DNA of 64,000 nucleotides from an uncultured Gemmatimonadales bacterium (lineage in GTDB: Bacteria; Gemmatimonadota; Gemmatimonadetes; Longimicrobiales; Gaopeijiaceae), in NCBI GenBank assembly GCA_963823035.1, contig CAWGKG010000014.1:32001-96000 (forward strand), in the 5' to 3' direction. The notes beneath the pieces were generated by a model. It was not told the DNA's origin, did no database searches, and saw only the letters and a program-made list of their open reading frames with translations. The first letter of the stretch is position 1. The number at the start of each line of letters is the position of its first letter. Both the position numbers and the translations under genes were made by a program. This document shows, piece by piece, positions 56,026-64,000 of the stretch.

Positions 56026-57730
56026 GCGTCGGGCCCGGTGGGCCCCGCCGCGTCCAGCTCCCCTCCCTTCCCCTTCGTCGCCTTCCGCCGCCTCGCCCTG
56101 GATGACTCCCTTCGGGCTCCCAGGTCAGACAGGCGCTCGAAGTACCGACCGATGGCAGGTCCGGCGACCGGCGCGTCCTCCGCGTCCTCCCGCGTCCAGG
56201 CGAAGGGCGTCTCGACCTCGTGCAGCGCCTGCTGGGCCTGGGCGTCCCACGGGTGGCCGCTCATGCCCTCGTCTTCGTCGGACGAAGGTGCGACGACCCC
56301 GTACGGGTCGTGGGCCGCTTCCGCCGCTTCCGCGGCCGCGGCCGCCTCGGCCGCCTCGAGCTCGGCGATGCGTCGCCGAAGTCCAGGATCGCCCGGCGTG
56401 GCGTCGAGGAGCTGCCGGAAGACCTCCAGGGCCCGATCGGTCAATCCCTGACGCGCGTAGAGCTCGGCCATCGTGCGGGTGACGAGTTGCGGCTCGTCGG
56501 ACAACTCGTCCGAGGGGAGCGGGTCGTCCGGGAGCACGTCGGCGGAGGACACGCCCGCGTCGGAAGCGAAGACCACGATGCCCGGGTCCTCCTGCGACAC
56601 CCACCCCGGGGTGGGTGCCAGGTCGTCCAGCTCCACGAGGGGCTCGTCGGGAAGCAGCTCCGCGGCATCAGGTACCGGTTCGGACGCGTCGTCCGGCGCA
56701 GCGGCGCGAGGTCTCGAGGTCAGGCGTCTCCGACTCGTCAGGCTCCTCGTCGGCGGGCTCGTCCGGCGCCAGCGCCGCCAGGTCCATCACGTCTTCCTCG
56801 TCCGGCGCGGCCTCGTCCGGCGCCAGCGCCGCCAGGTCCATCACGTCTTCCTCGTCCGCGGGCTCGTCCGGCGCGAGCGCCGCCAGGTCCATCACGTCTT
56901 CCTCGTCGGCGGGCTCGTCCGGCGCCAGCGCCGCCAGGTCCATCACGTCTTCCTCGTCCGCCACCTCGTCCGGCGCCTCGTCCGGCGCCAGCGCCGCCAG
57001 GTCCATCACCGTCTTCCTCGTCCGCGCGGCCTCGTCCGGCGCCAGCGCCGCCAGGTCCATCACGTCTTCCTCGTCCGCCGCCTCGTCCGGCGCCAGCGCC
57101 GCCAGGTCCATCACGTCTTCCTCGTCCGCCACCTCGTCCGGCGCCAGCGCCGCCAGGTCCATCACGTCTTCCTCGTCGGCCGCCTCGTCCGGCGCCAGCG
57201 CCGCCAGGTCCATCACGTCTTCCTCGTCGGCCGCCTCGTCCGGCGCCAGCGCCGCCAGGTCCATCACGTCTTCCTCGTCGGCCACCTCGTCCGGCGCCAG
57301 CGCCGCCAGGTCCATCACGTCTTCCTCGTCGGCCACCTCGTCCGGCGCGGCAGGCGCTCGCTCCTGTCAGCTGGGCCAGATGCGACCGGAGCGAGGCGGC
57401 CTCGTCGGGGATCCCGCGCTGCTCGAGGGCTCCGGCCAGGAGCTCGAGGCCGAGGACGTTGTCCTCGTCCAGCTCGAGCACCCGTCGGGCCGCGATCTCG
57501 GCTTCCTCGACGAGCCCCTTCTCGAGGTAGAGCCGCGCCGCGACGGCGTGCGCGGACGCGAAGTTCGGATGGCGCTCGAGCCCGTCGTTGAGGAGCTCCA
57601 CCGCCTGGCGGAAGGCTCCCGACCGGCGGTAGGCGTCTGCGAGGGGGACGAAGGCCCGGCCGTCGGGATCTCGGTCGGACCAGAAGAGGGTCCGGAGGAC
57701 CCGGATCTCCTGATCGAGGGGAATCGACAT
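56022..57730 (-). CDS. TPR protein with long acidic repeat linker (frameshifts ~57360 and ~56700)
   Basis: N-terminal TPRs (FVPLADAYRRSG..GLERHPNFASAH..ARLYLEKG), repeat linker, C-terminal TPR-like VTRTMAELYARQGLTDRALEVFRQLL; stop overlaps the aroQ ATG. Confidence 0.8.
56745..57347. repeat. Coding tandem repeat, ~51-bp unit x 11 (17-aa ADEEDVMDLAALAPDE[A/V/P])
   Basis: 11 copies of VMDLAALAP in the minus-strand frame 56668-57336; unit core cgccagcgccgccaggtccatcacgtcttcctcgtc. Confidence 0.95.
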
Positions 57731-57820
57731 GCGGGCTCGGAAAAGAGAAGTACTCGGCGGCCACGCGCGGGCCCGGAACGCCCCGGGCGCGGCGACGTGC
57801 CGAGAGGGTGACGCCGCGCC

Positions 57821-57850
57821 AAGATACGGAACCGCGCGAAAAAGTGTCAA
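57821..57850 (-). promoter_or_regulatory. Putative sigma70 promoter for the TPR-aroQ-efp-accB-accC operon
   Basis: Minus strand TTGACA-N18-TATCTT, 90 bp upstream of the TPR ATG. Confidence 0.65.
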
Positions 57851-57880
57851 CGACACGCGCACTGCGGGACCACGCTCCGG

Positions 57881-58025
57881 GCGGAAACATCCCGTTCGCA
57901 GACCTGTATGTGATCCAGGGAGTTCGCGCCCGGCTTTCGGCCCTCTCGGGTCGGCCACCATCCGCTCGTTGAGGGTGTGTGGGCGAGCCGTTATCCTTTC
58001 AGGTCTATTCCGGGACGTTTTTCGT
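57881..58025. ncRNA. Candidate structured RNA (long irregular hairpin, 6S-like architecture), or structured 5' leader
   Basis: Nested pairings: 57885-57894 with 58011-58020 (9/10), 57900-57906 with 58000-58006 (7/7), 57922-57931 with 57981-57988, plus two apical hairpins. Confidence 0.35.
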
Positions 58026-58061
58026 GCACACCTGCTCAGAGGTCGTGGGAGACGCTGTCCT

Positions 58062-59907
58062 ATGATGCGTCAGATGCGAGAGGCCACGAAGCCGATCATG
58101 ATCTTCACGGCGGCGGCGTTCGTGGCACTCATGGTCTTCCAGTGGGGCATGGACATCACCGGCCGCAGCTCGGGCGGCGCCGGTGAGATCGGCACCGTCA
58201 ATGGCGATGCCGTGTCCTACGACGCCTACATGGCCTCCTACCGGAACCTGTACGACCAGGTCCAGCAGTCCCAGCAGGAGCCCATCACCTCCCAGCAGAA
58301 CAAGGAGATCGAGGACGGCGCCTTCGACCAGGTCGTGAACCAGATCCTGATCCGTCAGGAGCTGGACCGGCGCGGGATCTCCGTGACGAACCAGGAGATC
58401 CAGCAGGCCGCGCAGTACGCGCCGCCCGCCGAGCTGCGTCCGCAGTTCACGGATTCCGACGGGCCGCTTCGACATGCCGGCCTATCAGACCTTCCTGGCG
58501 TCCCTCCCCCAGGACCAGCTGCTCCTCCTGGAGGCCTACTACCGGGACATCATCCCGCGGGGCAAGCTCCTGCGGCAGGTCTCGTCGGGGATCTACCTTT
58601 CGGACGCCGACCTGTGGCAGCGCTACCGCGACGCCCACGAGACGGTGCAGATCCGGTACGTGCCCCTGAACCCGTCGACGCGCTACGACGACGCGGACTT
58701 CACCGTCGACGCAGCCGAGGTGAAGGCCTACTACGACGCCCACCAGGACGAGTTCGAGGTTCCGGCACGCGCCACGGTGAAAGCCGTCGTGATGACCAAG
58801 GCCCCCACGGCTTCCGATACGGCCGCCGCCCTGGAGCGGGCGGAGGAGCTGCGCCAGGAGATCGTGGACGGCGCCGACTTCGCCGACGTGGCACGCCGGG
58901 AGTCTTCGGACAGCACGTCCGCCCGCCAGGGCGGCGACCTGGGGACGTTCGCGAAGGGCCGCATGGTCGGGCCCTTCGACTCGGCGGTGTTCGCGGCCCG
59001 CGTCGGGCGCGTGACCGAGCCGGTGAAGTCGAGCTTCGGCTATCACGTCATCGAGGTCACCCAGCGGTGGGGCTCGGACAGCGCGCAGGCCCGGCACATC
59101 CTGGTGCCGATCGAGCGCACGGACTCGAGCGAGATCGCCCTCCTGACGCGAGCCGACTCCCTCGAAGAGCTGTCGGCCAACGACGGGCTGGACGCCGCCG
59201 CGCAGGGCGTCGGCCTCTCGGTCACGACCGTCGACATCACGTCGAACTTCCCGTTCCTCGTGGGCGCGGGGCAGATCGGCGAGGGCGCGGACTGGGCCTT
59301 CGAGGACGCCAGCCCGGGCGACGTCAGCCCGGTGTTCGAGAACGACCAGGCGTTCTACGCCCTGGAGCTGGTGAGCGGCGAGCCGGCAGGCGTGCTGCCG
59401 CTGGACCAGGCGCGCACGTCCATCGAGGCGACGCTGCGCATGGACAAGAAGCTCGAGCGGGCGCGCGACGAGGGCCAGAAGCTGGTGGACCGCGTGCGCG
59501 CCGGCGAGGCGCTGCCCAACGTGGCGGCCGACCTGGGCCTCGAGGTCCGGGACGCAGGCCCGTTCACCCGCAACGACTTCGTACCCGGCATCGGGCGACA
59601 GAACGCGGCGGTCGGCGCGGCCTTCGCGCTGCAGCCCGGCGAGGTGAGCGACGTGGTGACCACGCCGTCGAACGCCTTCGTCATCCAGGACGCCGAGCAC
59701 ACGCCTGCCGATTCGACGGCGTGGGCGGATCAGAAGGCGCAGCAGCAGGAGTCGATCGCCCAGTCGCTGCAGCAGCAGCGGATGCAGGAGTGGATGGCGG
59801 CGTTGCGCAAGGCGGCGAAAATCGTGGACCGGCGTGACGAGGTCCTGAAGCCGGCGGACGACGTCGGTCAGGGGCTGCCGGCGCAGGGGGGCCGGGGGCC
59901 CTTCTAG
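58062..59907 (+). CDS. SurA N-terminal domain / PpiD-like peptidyl-prolyl isomerase (frameshift ~58465)
   Basis: MMRQMRE + TM anchor, IGTVNG, parvulin motifs FADVARRES.D..SARQGGDLG and PVKSSFGYHVI. Confidence 0.9.
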
Positions 59908-59932
59908 ACCCCACCGCTTCGACGTACGGCGA

Positions 59933-59964
59933 AAGGGCCGGGACGCTTCGGCGTCCCGGCCCTT
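59933..59964. terminator. Bidirectional intrinsic terminator-like hairpin between convergent ppiD-like and tatA genes
   Basis: Perfect 14-bp stem aagggccgggacgc-TTCG-gcgtcccggccctt (C-UUCG-G tetraloop on the + strand). Confidence 0.8.
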
Positions 59965-60008
59965 CTCGTACCCTCGTCCCGCGTGGTCCTGGGGTTCCTA
60001 CGCGGAGG

Positions 60009-60272
60009 TCACTCGCTCGAGCTGACGCGCTCCGACCCGTCGCTGAGCTTCTTCGGCTCGCGGTCTTCACCGCTCGGCGGAGGCGTCGTTCGGTGCACGG
60101 GCTCCTCGGGCTTCTTGAGCTCGTGCTCGATCTCGCGCACGGAGCTCTTGAACTCCCGGATGCCCTTCCCGAGGGCGGAGCCGATCTCGGGGAGGCGCTT
60201 CGCTCCGAAGAGAAGGAGCACGACGAGGAAGAGGAGGATCATCTCCCCCATTCCGAAGCTGCCGAATCCCAT
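60009..60272 (-). CDS. tatA: Twin-arginine translocase TatA/TatE subunit
   Basis: EMILLFLVVLLLFGAKRLPEIGSALGKGIREFK. Confidence 0.96.
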   Translation of the reverse strand: MGFGSFGMGEMILLFLVVLLLFGAKRLPEIGSALGKGIREFKSSVREIEHELKKPEEPVHRTTPPPSGEDREPKKLSDGSERVSSSE

Positions 60273-60322
60273 GTTCCTATCCCTCCATGCGGAGCCCGTG
60301 GCCCCGCGGGTTCAAGATCGCG

Positions 60323-60601
60323 TCAGATCCACGACCGTGCGACCAGGGCTACCATGCCGATGCCCACCAGCGTCAGCACGTTGAGCGTGACCGAGAAGGG
60401 GCCGAGGCTGAAAGCCATGGCCACCAGGTCCACGTCCAGAGGACCGAACGCCGCGTGCACGGACGTCGTGAGGAAGTCGCGTGCGGCGCTGTCCGGCAGG
60501 AACGTCTCACAGAGCTTCGTGAGGAGCCCGCCGAGGAAGAGTCCGAGGACCAGCGTCCAGGCGAGCCTGACGATGCCCCGCCGCCGGGTGTCAACGAGCA
60601 T
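60323..60601 (-). CDS. Small membrane protein, DUF4321-like
   Basis: TM, then FLTTSV...FGPLDVDLVAMAFSLG, then C-terminal TM; recognised from memory. Confidence 0.65.
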   Translation of the reverse strand: MLVDTRRRGIVRLAWTLVLGLFLGGLLTKLCETFLPDSAARDFLTTSVHAAFGPLDVDLVAMAFSLGPFSVTLNVLTLVGIGMVALVARSWI

Positions 60602-60659
60602 ACCGATCCCGAAGGCCAAGGGTTCCAGGGATACGTGGCGCCGTATGCATTGTCCGAGA

Positions 60660-61679
60660 TCAACGGCTCCGATCCACGGCATAGGAAACGGAATCGCGAA
60701 GGGCCTCCAAGGCCACGCTCTCCCCGAGGCCGGACAGGGCTTCCTCGGCCATGTCGGCGTAGTGGCGGGCGCGGCTCATCGCGTAGTCGAGGCCACCGCG
60801 GTCGGTCACGATGCGCACGATGCGGGAGATCTCCTCGTCGGTGGGGTCGACACGGGTGAAGAAGTCGCGGATCTCGGCCTCCTCCGCCGCGTCGGCGCTG
60901 CCCATGGCACCCACCAGGGGCAGGGTCACCTTCCGCTCGCGGAGATCGTGCCCGGTCGGCTTGCCCGTCACCGCCTCGGTGCCGGTATAGTCGAGGAGGT
61001 CGTCGGCGATCTGGAAGGCCATGCCGAGGTTGTGCCCGAAACGGGACAGCGCCTCCCGGTGCGCGGGGACGCCGGCCAGCGCACCCATCTCGCAGGCCGC
61101 CGACATCAGGGAGGCCGTCTTGGCGGCGATCAGCCGGTAGTAGTCCTGCTCGGTGAAGTCGAGCGCGTCGTACGAGGTGAGCTGGCGCATCTCCCCGACG
61201 CTCATCTCATTGGCCGCCTGAGCCAGAACGGCCAGCGCGTCCAGGTTGCCCAGGTGGGCCAGCTCCGTGACGCCGCGGCTGTACAGGTAGTCGCCCATGA
61301 TGATGGCGACCTGATGGGTCCACAGGGCGTTCACGGTGGGCAGGCCGCGTCGCAGCACGGAATGGTCGACCGCGTCGTCGTGGACGAGCGTGGCGAGGTG
61401 TACGAGCTCCACCACCGCGGCCAGCGTCAGCGCGTCGTCCGAGGGCTCGCCGCCCACCCGGCTCGACAGGAGGAGCAGCGTGGGCCGGAACAGCTTCCCC
61501 TGCATGAACAGAAGGTGCTCGTTGACCTCCTCGATCATCTGGAAGTCCGACAGCACGATCCGCCGGATCTCGGCGCCCACGCGCTCCAGCTCGGCGCGCA
61601 CGGGTGCCTGGATGGCCGAAAGCCGGGGCGGGCCGCCGCGGACGACCTGGCTCACGCCAGGTTCCAGGGGGGCCGGCAC
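60660..61679 (-). CDS. Polyprenyl diphosphate synthase (IspB/HepT-like)
   Basis: GKLFRP, ELVHLATLVHDDAVD..LRRG, KTASL, AFQIADDLLD and DLRERKVTLP motifs. Confidence 0.95.
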   Translation of the reverse strand: MPAPLEPGVSQVVRGGPPRLSAIQAPVRAELERVGAEIRRIVLSDFQMIEEVNEHLLFMQGKLFRPTLLLLSSRVGGEPSDDALTLAAVVELVHLATLVHDDAVDHSVLRRGLPTVNALWTHQVAIIMGDYLYSRGVTELAHLGNLDALAVLAQAANEMSVGEMRQLTSYDALDFTEQDYYRLIAAKTASLMSAACEMGALAGVPAHREALSRFGHNLGMAFQIADDLLDYTGTEAVTGKPTGHDLRERKVTLPLVGAMGSADAAEEAEIRDFFTRVDPTDEEISRIVRIVTDRGGLDYAMSRARHYADMAEEALSGLGESVALEALRDSVSYAVDRSR

Positions 61680-61718
61680 GGGGCGGGCAGCGGATGGAGG
61701 GGAGTCATGGAGTCGCCG

Positions 61719-63932
61719 TCAGCGAAGCGCCCGCAGGCGCTCGGTGACGTCCGCGAAGTTGATGTCGAGTGAGAACACGCGGTCGTAGAACTCGACGGCG
61801 TCTTCCTTCTTGCCCATCTCCTCGTACGCCCGCGCCAGGTAGTAGTAGATGCCGATCAACTCGTCCTCGATCTCGTAATCGACCTCGAGGGCGCGCTCCA
61901 GCGAGCGGATCGCCATGTCCGTGCGGCCCATGTCCATGAACGTCTGTCCGAGCATCTCGTACGTTGGGAGGTGGGCCGCCGAGGCTCGCAGCGCCTGCTG
62001 GAACTCCGACACCGCCTCGTCGTAGAGACCCATCTCCTTGTAGGCCGTCCCGAGGTCGTGGTGCGACCTGCACGTCGTCGGCGTCGAGGTTCTCGGAGAC
62101 CTTCTCCTTGAACTGCGACAGCATCTTCGCGAAGTCGGCCTGCTCGTCCCCGGAGGGCTCCTGGTAGGCCACCACGAAGCGCGTGGTCTTCTCGGTCTCG
62201 TCGTCGAGGACGAGCGCGCCCAGGTCGACGTACTCCTCGTGGGCGGCGACTTCCTTCACGGGCTCCGGTGCCGCGCCGGCGGCCTGACCCAGCGCGGCCT
62301 TCGCGACCTCGTTGGCCGGATCGTGCTGGAGGCACTGCTGGAAGGCGACCTTGGCCCGCGCGGGCTGGCCCGCCCGCCGGAGCGTTTCCCCGAGACCCAG
62401 GTAGGCCGCCGCGACTGCGGCCTCGTCGCCCGACCGGTAGGCCGTCTCGACCAGCCGCTGGCGGAGGTTCACGTCGTCCGGCTCGTCCGCGATCCGCGCG
62501 CGGAGCGACTCGAGCGTCGGCGCTTCCTCGTCGGTCGCCTGGGTCTCGACGTCGCCGGCCGCCTCTTCCACGGCCTCCTCGCGTGCCTCGGCCGACAGGG
62601 CTCCCTCTTCCTCGGTCGCGAAGTCGATCATCGGAAGCTCGACGGGCTCCTCCGCTTCTTCCTCCTCGCTTCTTCCTCCACCTCCCCGACCTCGCCCAGC
62701 TCCGTCTCGAAGTCGATCAAGGGAAGCTCGAACCCCTCCGCCTCGTCGCCCTCCTCTACGTGGACGACCTCGCCGATCTCCTCGTCGTCGAACTCCATCA
62801 GCGGTAGCTCGAACGGCTCGTCCGCCTGCTCGGCGTAGACCTCTTCGGCGTATTCCTCCTCGGAAATCGCTTCGCCCTGCTCCTCGATCCCGGCGAACGG
62901 GACGCTCACGGGCAGGTCCGCCAGGAAGTCGACGGCGTCCTCTGCGACGGGCGCCTCCTCCTCGGACACGGCCTCCGCGACGGGCGCCTTCTCCTCCGAT
63001 GCGGCCTCCGCGACGGGCGCCTCCTCCTCGGATGCCGCCTCCTCCCCGGCGGCATCCTCGTCGTCCCTCTCCCCGCCTGCTTCTTCTTCCTGCTCGTCGA
63101 TGTACCCGGGCGCGTCCTCCCCGGCGAGATCCCGCTCCATGGAGGACACGTCGAGGACGTCACCCCCGAAGTCGAACGCCGCGGTCTCGTCGGGCGTGTC
63201 GGCGGGAAAGGAGGCGCCGACCTCGATGTCCCCGTAGCTGTCGACGATCTCGGCGTCCTCTCCCACCCCGGATCCGAAGACCAACTCGTCGGCGGTCCGG
63301 GTCGGCTCCATCACGGCGGAGAGGTCCGCGTCGGGGTCGAGCTCGCGGATCTTCGTCTCGATGTCGAACGCCGACATCGTCTCGCCCTTGCCCATCAGCG
63401 CGTGGTAGGCCACGGACAGCTGGCCCACGGCGTCGCCGACACGGCCGCGCAAGGCCATCTGGTCGGCGACGGCGATGCGCACGTCGAAGTCGTCGGGGGC
63501 CAGGTCACAGAACTCCACCAGCGCCCGGAAGGACTCGTCCAGGTCCCCGACCTGCTGCATTCGTTCCGCGTACGTGAGGAAGTTCGTGCGCGCGTCGGGA
63601 AGGAACCCCTGCTGAGCCCGGATCTGGCCCATGCGCAGATAGGCGTCGTGACGATCGGGCACATTGCGGATGATCTTCTTGCAGACCGCGATCGCGTTGT
63701 TGGGAAGCCCGGACTCCATGTAGAGGTCAACGGCACGGCCGTAGTGCTCCACCGCGTCGTCGAGCCGTCCGACGCGCACATAGAGGTCACCGACCCGGTT
63801 GTAGAGGCCGATGTCCGGCTGATCCTCCGCCTCCAGCCGGTGGATGGCCTTCTTGTACTGGTCCAGCGCCTTGAGCCACTCCTCCTTCTGCTCGTGGCGT
63901 CGGGCCTGTTCCTTGAGGGTCTCGATGCTCAT
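61719..63932 (-). CDS. Large TPR protein, SgmX-like architecture (frameshifts ~62670 and ~62065)
   Basis: N-terminal TPR array (LYNRVGDLY, NAIAVCKKI), acidic linker, C-terminal FAKMLSQFKEKV...HHDLGTAYKEMGLYDEAVSEF TPRs ending DINFADVTERL. Confidence 0.8.
62944..63045. repeat. Coding tandem repeat, 33-bp unit x ~3 (AEAASEEEAPV)
   Basis: gcgacgggcgcc recurs at 62944, 62977 and 63010. Confidence 0.85.
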
Positions 63933-64000
63933 GAGTCGTCCGGATTCTCCGTTCCGCTCGCCGCTCCTTCGGGCGGAGCGCCTGCCTTCCTCACTCGGTG

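Noticed and set aside
56745..57347. Possible CRISPR array
   Set aside because: Units are contiguous with no unique spacers, lengths are multiples of 3 and in frame within a CDS, and there are no cas genes.

Overview
High-GC core-genome segment of a diderm bacterium (lnt, lolA, a SurA/PpiD-type foldase, tatA). Gene content and order are compatible with Gemmatimonadota; this is an inference and was not tested. About 55 genes, nearly all on the minus strand and often joined by ATGA/GTGA overlaps: ftsB/eno, plsC-thiL-nnr, glyA, a Leu-DH/acyl-CoA-DH/hbd/thiolase cluster, rex, rsmA, a STAS/anti-sigma/GAF-PP2C partner-switching module, coaD-rsmD-recJ-dnaG-mutS2, hemW-hrcA-dnaJ-prmA, obgE-dprA, ino1-tmk, rpmE-prfA-prmC, ftsK-lolA-rimO, aroQ-efp-accB-accC, and two large TPR proteins with acidic repetitive linkers. 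About 20 genes, including essential ones, carry single-base frameshifts that are most likely consensus (long-read) errors; these create several false fusions in the ORF track. No rRNA, tRNA, CRISPR or mobile element was seen. Most notable: (1) a perfect Rex operator over the rex -10/start-site region; (2) a TPR protein with 11 copies of a 17-aa acidic repeat and a nearby SgmX-like TPR protein, suggesting a cell-polarity/type IV pilus scaffold system; (3) a ~145-nt intergenic segment that folds into a long 6S-like hairpin; (4) a DnaQ-like exonuclease coupled to rex, with an N-terminal HTH-like extension and a clamp-motif-like C-terminal peptide.
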